Shown here in pieces: positions 52,356-61,411 of a DNA stretch of 64,000 nt (position 1 is the first letter of the stretch; each line of letters begins with the position of its first letter). Source of the DNA: an uncultured Pelagibacteraceae bacterium (GTDB lineage: Bacteria; Pseudomonadota; Alphaproteobacteria; Pelagibacterales; Pelagibacteraceae); assembly GCA_902589765.1 (NCBI GenBank), contig CACIUF010000002.1, positions 47,984-111,983 of the forward strand. The letters are read 5' to 3'. Below the pieces are notes generated by a model. It was not told the origin of the DNA. It saw only the letters and a list, made by a program, of their open reading frames with translations, and ran no database searches. Made by a program: the position numbers and the translations under genes.

Positions 52356-55300
52356 CTTTTTGTATTTTTGTTTTTGTAGAGATTGGATTTTTAAGCTTAT
52401 CTAACATTTCTTTTGGACAAACCTGTACAAAATTCTTTAACTCGTTTTCAAAGTCATCAATTATTTTTTTTGATAAACTGGACCCTGTTTCATTACTATG
52501 TTCGAGTACTAATTCTTTTAAAAATTTTGACCAATACTCAGTTTCAACATTTTGCCATACAACTGAGTCCGGATTAACTTTTTTTTCAAATTCTTTTGAT
52601 TTATCGTAAATAAAAGCCATTCCTCCTGTCATGCCGGCTGCAAAATTATCTCCAACATCTCCAAGAATTACTGCTGTACCACCGGTCATATATTCACAAC
52701 CATTTGAATCACAGCCTTCGATAACAGTTGTGGCACCAGAATTTCTTACCGCAAATCTATCCCCAGCTTGACCAGCTGCAAAAAGTTTACCTGACGTTGC
52801 ACCATAAAGAACTGTGTTGCCAATAATAGTATTCTCATTAGAAATTAAATTGCTTTCATCAGGTAGTTTTATTGAAATGGTTGCTCCTGACAAACCTTTC
52901 CCAACATAATCATTTGCATCGCCTTTTAAATTAAGTTTAAGTCCTTTTGCTGTAAATGCACCAAACGATTGTCCAGCTGAACCTTTAAAATCTAGAGTTA
53001 AAAAATTTTCTTCTAATTTTTCATAACCATATTTTTTATATAAGTGATGTGAAATTCTAGTGCCTACAGCTCTATTAGTATTTTTAATTAAAAACTCGTT
53101 ATTTATTTTTTCTGAGTTATCTAAAGCCTTTTCTATTTGAGGCCAAATTTCTTGATCCAGTGTATCAGGAACTTGATTAATTTCTGATACCTCACAATAC
53201 CTCTTATTATTGCCAGGGTCTGCTTGGACAAATAATGGATTAAGATCTAAGTCATCTAGGTTGGGCGAGGCTTTACTTACCTGCATTAATAAGTCAGTTC
53301 GACCGATAACCTCATTTAAAGATCTAAAACCAAGCGAAGCTAAAATTTCTCTCACCTCTGTAGCAATAAATGTAAATAAATTTACAACTTTATCAGGAGT
53401 TCCAGTAAATTTTTCTCTTAACTTTTCATCCTGTGTGCATACTCCTACAGGACAAGTATTAGAGTGACATTGCCTTACCATAATACAACCCATCGCTACT
53501 AAAGCGGTAGTTGCTACACCATACTCTTCTGCACCCATCATAGCTGCGATAACAACATCTCTTCCAGTTTTAATACCCCCATCAGTTCTTAAAGTAACTT
53601 TATGTCTTAGATTATTTAATGTTAAAACTTGATTGGCCTCCGTCAGTCCCATCTCCCAAGGTATACCTACGTATTTTACACTTGTTTGAGGTGTAGCCCC
53701 GGTTCCTCCATTATGTCCTGAAATTAAAATTATATCAGCTTTTGCTTTTGCAACACCAGCTGCAATAGTACCAACGCCAGAAGATGCAACTAATTTAACT
53801 CCAATTCTTGCCTTAGGATTGATTTGTTTTAAATCATAAATAAGCTGGGCTAAATCCTCAATTGAATAAATATCATGATGCGGAGGTGGGGAAATTAATG
53901 TTACACCTGGCGTTGAGTGTCTTAGCTTGGCAATCTCATCTGTTACTTTAAATCCTGGTAATTGGCCACCTTCGCCAGGTTTTGCACCTTGAGCAATTTT
54001 AATCTCAATTTCATTACAATTGTTTAAATAATTAACTGTTACACCAAATCTTGCTGAAGCAATTTGTTTTACTCTCGAATTTGCACTGTCACCAGAGTCC
54101 ATAATCTTAAATCTATTCGCATCTTCACCACCTTCTCCACTACAGGATGCACCTTTAATTCTATTCATCCCAATAGCTAATGTTTCATGTGCCTCCTTAG
54201 ACAATGCTCCGTGGGACATACTTCCACTACCAAATCTTTTTAATATTTTTTCTATTGGTTCAACCTCAGAAATTTGAATAGATGGTCCTAATTTTTTTTT
54301 TCTAAAATCTATCAAATCCCTTAAGTTAATTGGTGGCAAGCTATAGATTCCCTCAGCATATTTTTTATAAGCTGTATACGAGTTTGATCCTACAGCACTT
54401 TGTAACAAGTGGATTAATCTGCCCTGATATTGGTGTGTTTCTCCATTTTTTCTGTATCTATAAATCCCACCAATAGGTAAAACTGTATCGGTGCTTTCAA
54501 ATGCCTCTTTATGTATTGCACGTATTTTTTTTTCGATTCCTGACAATCCAATACCAGAAATTTTTGAAGTCACTCCTGGAAAATAATCATCAACTATTGA
54601 TCTGCTTAGACCAACAGTTTCAAAATTACATCCGCCTCGATACGAACTTAAAACAGATATACCCATTTTTGACATGATCTTTAATAATCCTGCATTCACT
54701 GATTTGATATATCTTTCAACACATTCATCAAAACTATACTGGCCAAATAACTTTTTTTCATGCCTTTGGTATAAACTATCAAAAGCTATATATGGATTCA
54801 CTGTTGTTGCTCCAACACCTATTAATGTTGCAAAAGAATGGGTGTCCAAAGCTTCGCCAGATTGAACGTTAATTGAGACATACCCTCTTAATTTTTTATC
54901 AATTAAATAAGTATTAATCGCACCAACGCATAACAACATTGGCATAGGCATCCTTGTATCTGAAATAACTTTGTCGCTTAAAACTAATTGTGTTACACCT
55001 TGTCTAACGGCAACTTCCGACTCTTTTTGAATCCTTTTAATAGAATCAAATAAACTTTGATCATTTGAGAAAGTACAATCTATAGAGACTGAGTTTTTTC
55101 CAAAAAAATTAATAAATTTGTTAAATTGTGAATTCGATAAAATCGGACTATTTAAAACGTAAATATTTTCTTTAGTTAAAGTATCAAAATCTAAAATATT
55201 CCCAAGATTACCAAATCTAGTTTTCAAACTCATAACTTTATTTTCTCTTAAAGAGTCAATCGGTGGATTGGTCACTTGGCTAAAGTTTTGTCTAAAAAAA

Positions 55301-56853
55301 TGATAAAGTGGTCTGTATTTGTCTGATAGAACTGCTAAAGGTGTATCATCACCCATGGAACCCGTTGCTTCTTTTGCATCTTCAGCCATTGGATGTAAAA
55401 TTAGCTCTAAGTCCTCTAAACTAATTCCAAAAGTGTGTTGTCGTCTCCTTAGATCTTCACCATCAAAATTATGTTTTTCATTAGAAATAGATAATTTTTC
55501 ATCTAAATCTATTATCTGAGAATTGAAATGCTTATATTCTTTTGCCAAATAGTCTTTAATTTGATTATTCGTAAACACTTTGCCTTTTTCAATTCTAACA
55601 CCAATTATCTCCCCAGGGCCAAGTCTTCCTTTTGATAAAATTCTTTTTTCATTTAATTCAATCATTCCAGTTTCAGATCCGGCAAAGAGAAACTTATCTT
55701 TTGTTATTGCGTATCTTAAAGGTCTTAAACCATTACGATCATTTGCTGCAATGACCCATTCATTATCTGTTGCAGCAATAGCGGCAGGACCATCCCAAGG
55801 TTCCATAGTACTATTTAAAAAATTAAACAGTTGTTGATGGCTTTTTGGAAGAGTTTTATTTCTTTTTGACCAAGCATCAGGGATCATCATTAATTTTGCT
55901 AAAGGTGCAGGTTGGCCAGATTTATTTAATAACTCAAAAACATTATCTAGTGCCGCAGAATCAGAAACTCCTTTTTGTATAACTGGCTTTAAATTTTCAA
56001 CATTTTCAAAAAGAGGGCTACTCATCTCTTGTTCATGAACTCTCATCCAGTTTTTATTTCCTTTGTAAGTATTAATTTCACCATTATGGGCAACTGCTCT
56101 AAATGGTTGTGCCAAACTCCAGCTTGGAGCAGTATTAGTTGAAAATCTCTGATGAAAAATTGCAAATCTTGAAATAAACCTTTCGTCTTTTAAATCCAAG
56201 AAAAAATCTGAGATAGCCTCAGCTAAAAACATGCCCTTATAGATAATTGATTTAGAACTTATTGAGCAAATATAAAAATTATTTAATGATAAATTGAATG
56301 CTTTATTCTCAATTTTTTTTCTTGTTTCATAAATTTTTCTTTCAAGTTCTTTATCAAGCAAATTTTTATCATTCGATTTAAAAAGCACTTGAATTATCTC
56401 TGGCATAGTTTGGAAAGCTTTTTCTCCTAAAACTTTTGGATTAACAGGCACCTGTCTCCATCCATAGATACTAAAATCGTTTTTGGTCAACTCGCTTTCT
56501 ACAATCGTTTTACAGCTTTCTTGTGAGGAGTAATCATTTCTTGGTAAAAAAATCATTCCAACACAAATATCAGAGCCATCATGTGTGTGACCTGTAACCT
56601 CTATTTTTTCAACAAAGAAATCTTTGGGAATTTCTAAATGTATTCCTGCCCCATCACCTGTTTTTCCATCAGCATCAACAGCTCCTCGATGCCAAACAGC
56701 CTTTAAAGCTTCAATTCCATATTCTACAACCTCTCTTGATTTTTTTCCCTCTGTTGATGCAATTAACCCTACGCCACATGCATCATGTTCCATTTCCTTA
56801 GAATAAACATTGTTTTTAGTAAGTAATTCTAAATTTTTTTTATATATACTCAT
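52348..56853 (-). CDS. gltB: Glutamate synthase large subunit
   Basis: HDACGVG (N-terminal Cys), HQRFSTNT, AQGAKPGEGGQLPG, PPPHHDIYSIEDL, C..C...CP.G. Confidence 0.98.
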   Translation of the reverse strand: MSIYKKNLELLTKNNVYSKEMEHDACGVGLIASTEGKKSREVVEYGIEALKAVWHRGAVDADGKTGDGAGIHLEIPKDFFVEKIEVTGHTHDGSDICVGMIFLPRNDYSSQESCKTIVESELTKNDFSIYGWRQVPVNPKVLGEKAFQTMPEIIQVLFKSNDKNLLDKELERKIYETRKKIENKAFNLSLNNFYICSISSKSIIYKGMFLAEAISDFFLDLKDERFISRFAIFHQRFSTNTAPSWSLAQPFRAVAHNGEINTYKGNKNWMRVHEQEMSSPLFENVENLKPVIQKGVSDSAALDNVFELLNKSGQPAPLAKLMMIPDAWSKRNKTLPKSHQQLFNFLNSTMEPWDGPAAIAATDNEWVIAANDRNGLRPLRYAITKDKFLFAGSETGMIELNEKRILSKGRLGPGEIIGVRIEKGKVFTNNQIKDYLAKEYKHFNSQIIDLDEKLSISNEKHNFDGEDLRRRQHTFGISLEDLELILHPMAEDAKEATGSMGDDTPLAVLSDKYRPLYHFFRQNFSQVTNPPIDSLRENKVMSLKTRFGNLGNILDFDTLTKENIYVLNSPILSNSQFNKFINFFGKNSVSIDCTFSNDQSLFDSIKRIQKESEVAVRQGVTQLVLSDKVISDTRMPMPMLLCVGAINTYLIDKKLRGYVSINVQSGEALDTHSFATLIGVGATTVNPYIAFDSLYQRHEKKLFGQYSFDECVERYIKSVNAGLLKIMSKMGISVLSSYRGGCNFETVGLSRSIVDDYFPGVTSKISGIGLSGIEKKIRAIHKEAFESTDTVLPIGGIYRYRKNGETHQYQGRLIHLLQSAVGSNSYTAYKKYAEGIYSLPPINLRDLIDFRKKKLGPSIQISEVEPIEKILKRFGSGSMSHGALSKEAHETLAIGMNRIKGASCSGEGGEDANRFKIMDSGDSANSRVKQIASARFGVTVNYLNNCNEIEIKIAQGAKPGEGGQLPGFKVTDEIAKLRHSTPGVTLISPPPHHDIYSIEDLAQLIYDLKQINPKARIGVKLVASSGVGTIAAGVAKAKADIILISGHNGGTGATPQTSVKYVGIPWEMGLTEANQVLTLNNLRHKVTLRTDGGIKTGRDVVIAAMMGAEEYGVATTALVAMGCIMVRQCHSNTCPVGVCTQDEKLREKFTGTPDKVVNLFTFIATEVREILASLGFRSLNEVIGRTDLLMQVSKASPNLDDLDLNPLFVQADPGNNKRYCEVSEINQVPDTLDQEIWPQIEKALDNSEKINNEFLIKNTNRAVGTRISHHLYKKYGYEKLEENFLTLDFKGSAGQSFGAFTAKGLKLNLKGDANDYVGKGLSGATISIKLPDESNLISNENTIIGNTVLYGATSGKLFAAGQAGDRFAVRNSGATTVIEGCDSNGCEYMTGGTAVILGDVGDNFAAGMTGGMAFIYDKSKEFEKKVNPDSVVWQNVETEYWSKFLKELVLEHSNETGSSLSKKIIDDFENELKNFVQVCPKEMLDKLKNPISTKTKIQKVS

Positions 56854-58292
56854 TATGCAACTTTAGATTTTTTTAATTCGATATTTTCAAGATAAGATTT
56901 GATTGATAAAGCAGCATCTCTACCATCTTTAATTGCCCAAACAACTAAAGATGCACCTCTTACAATATCCCCAGCAGCAAAGACACCTTTAATATTAGTT
57001 TCCATAGTGTCAAAGTCTGTTTTAATTGTTCCCCATTTTGTAACTTGTAATTCTTGTGCCTCAAATAATAATGGCAAGTTTTCTGGATCAAATCCTAAAG
57101 CTTTTATTACCATATCTGCTTTAATTTCAAATTCGGATCCTTGTTTAATTTCTGGTCTTCTTCTACCTGAGTCATCTGGATCTCCAAGTTGAATTTGATC
57201 TACAATTAATTTTTCAATTTTATTTTTTCCTCTAAATTCTTTTGGACTAGACAACCAAACAAATTCAACACCCTCTTCTTCTGCATTAGCTACTTCTCTT
57301 GCAGATCCAGGCATGTTATCTTTATCTCTTCTATATAAACATTTGACTGAATTAGCTTTTTGTCTTACAGATGTTCGAACACAATCCATTGCGGTATCTC
57401 CACCTCCAATAACAACTACATCTTTACCCTCAGCGTTTAATATACCTTTATCGAATAAATCAACTTTATCTCCCAACCCCTTTTTGTTTGATGCTGTTAA
57501 AAACTCCATAGCAGGAAAAATATTATTTAAATCATTACCTGGTAGATTAATTTCTCTTGGTTTATAAACTCCAGTAGCAATTAAAATTGCATCATGTCTT
57601 TTTCTCAATTGCTCTAAAGTTGCATCCTTACCAACCTCAAAATTTTGTTCAAATTTAATTCCACCATCTTTCAACAATTTTGTTCTCCTCTCGACGACAT
57701 GTTTTTCTAGTTTAAAATTTGGAATTCCATAAATTAACAAACCACCCGCTCTGTCATATCTGTCATAAACAGTAATTTGATATCCATTTTTCCTAAGTTG
57801 TTCAGCAGCTGCCAGTCCAGCGGGTCCAGCACCAATTATTCCAACACTTTGGTCTTTTTCATGTTTGATTGATATAGGATTTACCCATCCGTTCTCCCAA
57901 GCACTATCGGTAATATATTTTTCAACTGATCCAATTGTTACAGTGCCATGACCTGACTGCTCAATAACACAATTACCCTCACATAATCTGTCTTGAGGGC
58001 ATATTCTGCCACAAACCTCAGGCATATTATTTGTGCTTTGAGATAATTCATAAGCTTCCTTCAATCTGCCTTCAGCAGTCAATTTAAGCCAATCAGGAAT
58101 GTTGTTACTTAAAGGACAATGGACTTGGCAAAAAGGAACGCCACATTGAGAGCATCTACTTGACTGCTCTTGTGCTTTTTGAGTAATAAATTCATCATAG
58201 ATTTCATTAAAATCATCTTTCCTATTATCAACTCCTCTTTTAGGTGGGGTTTGTTGACCTATTTTTACGAATTTTAGCATTTTATCAGTCAT
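56853..58292 (-). CDS. gltD: Glutamate synthase small subunit
   Basis: RCSQCG.P.C...CP, GRICP...CE, GAGPAG, GGGDTAMDC, GD..RGASLVVWA. Confidence 0.97.
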   Translation of the reverse strand: MTDKMLKFVKIGQQTPPKRGVDNRKDDFNEIYDEFITQKAQEQSSRCSQCGVPFCQVHCPLSNNIPDWLKLTAEGRLKEAYELSQSTNNMPEVCGRICPQDRLCEGNCVIEQSGHGTVTIGSVEKYITDSAWENGWVNPISIKHEKDQSVGIIGAGPAGLAAAEQLRKNGYQITVYDRYDRAGGLLIYGIPNFKLEKHVVERRTKLLKDGGIKFEQNFEVGKDATLEQLRKRHDAILIATGVYKPREINLPGNDLNNIFPAMEFLTASNKKGLGDKVDLFDKGILNAEGKDVVVIGGGDTAMDCVRTSVRQKANSVKCLYRRDKDNMPGSAREVANAEEEGVEFVWLSSPKEFRGKNKIEKLIVDQIQLGDPDDSGRRRPEIKQGSEFEIKADMVIKALGFDPENLPLLFEAQELQVTKWGTIKTDFDTMETNIKGVFAAGDIVRGASLVVWAIKDGRDAALSIKSYLENIELKKSKVA

Positions 58293-58476
58293 AAATTTTT
58301 ATAAATTTATCGCAAAATATAGATAGTTTTTATTAGTAAAAGAAATAAATAGGTCAGTTATTATTACCTAATTACAATAATATTTAGCTTAAAATCTACT
58401 TAATCTGATTTTTGCATACCTAATATGATTAAATCGAATTGTTTAAAATGAATATTTTTTAAGCTACGACACATGT

Positions 58477-59244
58477 ATGTTGCAAGATTTTATAGAAATT
58501 TTAATTCTTTCTGCTGTTCAAGGAATTTCTGAATTTTTACCCATAAGTTCGTCAGCTCATTTAATATTGGTATCAAATTTTTATGATTTAGAAACAAGTT
58601 CTTTATTAATAGACATAAGTCTACATTTAGGCTCATTAATTGCAGTAATTTTTTATTTTAGAAAAGAGCTATTTGATCTAAGAAATAATAATAGGTTATT
58701 AAGTTTAATAATTATTGGCTCCTTGCCTTTAATATTTTTTGGATACATTTTATATTCCACCGAATTTATTCATCTTTTAAGAAACACAAAAGTAATTGCA
58801 TCAACAACACTATTTTTTGGTTTCATACTTTTCTTTGCTGATCAAAGAAAAATTGATCGGAATATTTCTACAGATTTAAATATTAAATCAGTTTTATTAA
58901 TTGGTTTATTTCAAATATTAGCGTTGATACCAGGAGTTAGTAGGGCTGGAATAACAATTACGGCAGCAAGATTTTTGAATTTCAATAGAACAGATGCTAG
59001 TAAAATTTCTTTTTTACTTTCTATACCTGCATTAGCAGGAGCAAGCTTCCTAGGTTTAAGAGAGGCTTTTGAACAATCAATAGAAATTAATTATTTATTA
59101 TTAATTGCTACTTTTTTATCATTTATGTTTTCATTTTTTACAATTAAGTATTTTCTTAAATTTATAAGTAAAATTTCTTTTAATGTATTTGTAATTTATC
59201 GGATAATTCTTGGCTTAATTTTATTTTATATAATATATATTTAA
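58477..59244 (+). CDS. uppP: Undecaprenyl-diphosphate phosphatase
   Basis: QG.SEFLPISSSAH, H.G, ALIPGVSR.G.T, SFLLSIP, F..YR. Confidence 0.95.
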   Translation: MLQDFIEILILSAVQGISEFLPISSSAHLILVSNFYDLETSSLLIDISLHLGSLIAVIFYFRKELFDLRNNNRLLSLIIIGSLPLIFFGYILYSTEFIHLLRNTKVIASTTLFFGFILFFADQRKIDRNISTDLNIKSVLLIGLFQILALIPGVSRAGITITAARFLNFNRTDASKISFLLSIPALAGASFLGLREAFEQSIEINYLLLIATFLSFMFSFFTIKYFLKFISKISFNVFVIYRIILGLILFYIIYI

Positions 59245-60131
59245 CTTGCTTTCCTTATTAATGGAACTAATTGAGATAATAAAACTCCACTTAATATAAA
59301 AAAACAACCAAGTAAATTATTAATGCCTAATATTTGATTTAAAAGAAACCAAGCGGCAATTGTTGCAAACACACCCTCCAAAGAAAAAATTATTGCTGCT
59401 GGTGCCGGAGTTATATTTCTTTGAGCATAAATTTGTAAAACAAATGCAAAACCACCTGACAAAATACCAGCATATAAAATCGAGTCTATTTCATTTAATA
59501 TATTTTCGATTACAAATTCTTCAGAAAATAAACCTATTATAAATGAGAATAGAGCAACTAGCAGAGTTTGAATTGCACCAATAGTCAATGGTAGATTGTA
59601 CTTTTTAACAATCATACCAGTAAAAATAATATGTGTACTCCAAAATAAAGCTCCTAATACCACAAGGGTATCACCTAATCTTACAGTTGCATCTTGAAAA
59701 TTTGTTAATAAATAACCGCCAATTAAACATAAAATTACTGATGGCCATACACTCCAGTGTAAAAAATCTTTTTTAAAGATGAAAATAATTATTGGAACCA
59801 TTGGCACATAAAAAATTGTAAAAAAAGCAGCATTTGCTACATCAGTGTAAAGCAACGCAACCTGTTGTAATGCTGAGCCCAAAAATAATGATAGTCCAAT
59901 TAAAAAGGACAGGATAACGAATGTTTTTGTATCAAACCTAAATTCTTTTTTTAGTTTTTTTGCTTCAAACATTAATGCTAAAGGAACAATTGCTAAAAAA
60001 CCCACAAAAAATCTTACTGAATTAAAAGTGAATGGGCCGATGTCATCCATGCCCGTATCTTGGGCAATAAATGTGGTCCCCCAAATGAAAGTGCATAATA
60101 GTGCACTAAATAATGAGAAAGTTTTTGACAT
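59241..60131 (-). CDS. DMT/EamA family transporter
   Basis: About 10 TM segments; IWG..F, GPF.F...RF, GD.L, Q..AQ, AAII.SLE.VFA. Confidence 0.88.
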   Translation of the reverse strand: MSKTFSLFSALLCTFIWGTTFIAQDTGMDDIGPFTFNSVRFFVGFLAIVPLALMFEAKKLKKEFRFDTKTFVILSFLIGLSLFLGSALQQVALLYTDVANAAFFTIFYVPMVPIIIFIFKKDFLHWSVWPSVILCLIGGYLLTNFQDATVRLGDTLVVLGALFWSTHIIFTGMIVKKYNLPLTIGAIQTLLVALFSFIIGLFSEEFVIENILNEIDSILYAGILSGGFAFVLQIYAQRNITPAPAAIIFSLEGVFATIAAWFLLNQILGINNLLGCFFILSGVLLSQLVPLIRKAS

Positions 60132-60135
60132 ATTT

Positions 60136-61410
60136 TTACACAGCTAATTTGTAAGCAAAATTTTTTCCAAGATTGTCTTTCAAATCGTTGTTAAATCGAG
60201 CTGCTTCAGCTCCATCAATTATTCTGTGATCATATGATAAAGATAAAGGTAACATTGTTCGTGTAATAAATTTTCCATCAATAAAAATTTGTTTTTTTTG
60301 AGATTTACCAACTCCCAAAATTGCAACTTCAGGATAATTAATTATAGGTGTAAAAAAAGAACCACCAATACCTCCCAGACTTGTTATTGTCATGGAACCA
60401 CCAAATAATTCCTTTTTATCAATTTTAAGATTCCTGCACTGATCACTTAATTTTTTAAGTTCGTTACCAATTAATGAAATATTCTTATTATCAGCATTTC
60501 TTAGTTTTGGCACCATAAGCCCATGCTTCGTATCTACTGCTATTCCAATATGGTAATACTTTTTTAAGGTCATTTTTCCTTTATCAATTTCATCTATAGA
60601 TGAATTAAAATTTGGAAATTTTTTAAGTGATGCAGTTAATGCTTTGACGATAAAAGCTAAAGGAGTAATTTTTTTTTTTTCTCCAGTGTAAATATCTGTA
60701 AGAGATGTTCTAAACTCCTCTAATTCAGTTATATCTGCTTCATCATGATTGGTCACATGGGGAATATTGGTCCAAGAATTCATAAGATATTTAGACGAAA
60801 GTCTCTTCACTCTTGGAATATCCTTTATTTCTGTTTTTCCAAATTCAGAGTGAGGATATTCTAGTTCTATCGTTTCATCTTTTTTGAATTCTTTTTCAGA
60901 ATTTCTCCCAGATTTATTTGCGACAAATGACTTTACATCACTTTCAGTTACTCTTCCTAGTCTTTCACTACCTTCAACTTTACTAATGTCAACACCAAGT
61001 TCTCTTGCAAATTTTCTAACTTTTGGTGAGGCTGCAGTTTTTTTAGAAAAATTTTTTACAATAACATTTTTTGATCTAACTTCTCTTTCAATCTCTATTT
61101 TTTTTTCTTTAATATTTTCTTTTTTAATTGTTTTAATTTCTTCAGGTTTTAATTGAGTTTCTACTTGATTGTCTTTTAATTCAATTTCTAATATTTTATC
61201 ACCTTCAGAAACCTTATCCCCAACATTTAAACTTAATTCTGTAACTATTCCATTATGTAATGAGGGTATTTCAACACTCGATTTATCACTTTCAATTGTT
61301 ATTAAAGGATCATTTTTTTTAATCTCTTGACCTTTTTTGACTATAATTTCAATAACCTCTACATCTTTAAATTCACCAATATTTGGAACTTTTATATCTT
61401 TTTTGGTCAT
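60136..61410 (-). CDS. aceF: Pyruvate dehydrogenase E2 dihydrolipoyl acetyltransferase (single lipoyl domain)
   Basis: IESDKSS lipoyl site, ASP.VRK.ARELG, IPHVT, SYDHRIIDG; start at ATG 61410. Confidence 0.93.
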   Translation of the reverse strand: MTKKDIKVPNIGEFKDVEVIEIIVKKGQEIKKNDPLITIESDKSSVEIPSLHNGIVTELSLNVGDKVSEGDKILEIELKDNQVETQLKPEEIKTIKKENIKEKKIEIEREVRSKNVIVKNFSKKTAASPKVRKFARELGVDISKVEGSERLGRVTESDVKSFVANKSGRNSEKEFKKDETIELEYPHSEFGKTEIKDIPRVKRLSSKYLMNSWTNIPHVTNHDEADITELEEFRTSLTDIYTGEKKKITPLAFIVKALTASLKKFPNFNSSIDEIDKGKMTLKKYYHIGIAVDTKHGLMVPKLRNADNKNISLIGNELKKLSDQCRNLKIDKKELFGGSMTITSLGGIGGSFFTPIINYPEVAILGVGKSQKKQIFIDGKFITRTMLPLSLSYDHRIIDGAEAARFNNDLKDNLGKNFAYKLAV

Positions 61411-61411
61411 T

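Noticed and set aside
52348-58292. Several 60-97-aa ORFs antisense to gltB/gltD (similar ones lie opposite other core genes)
   Set aside because: Shadow ORFs from codon bias on the opposite strand; no motifs or independent expression signals
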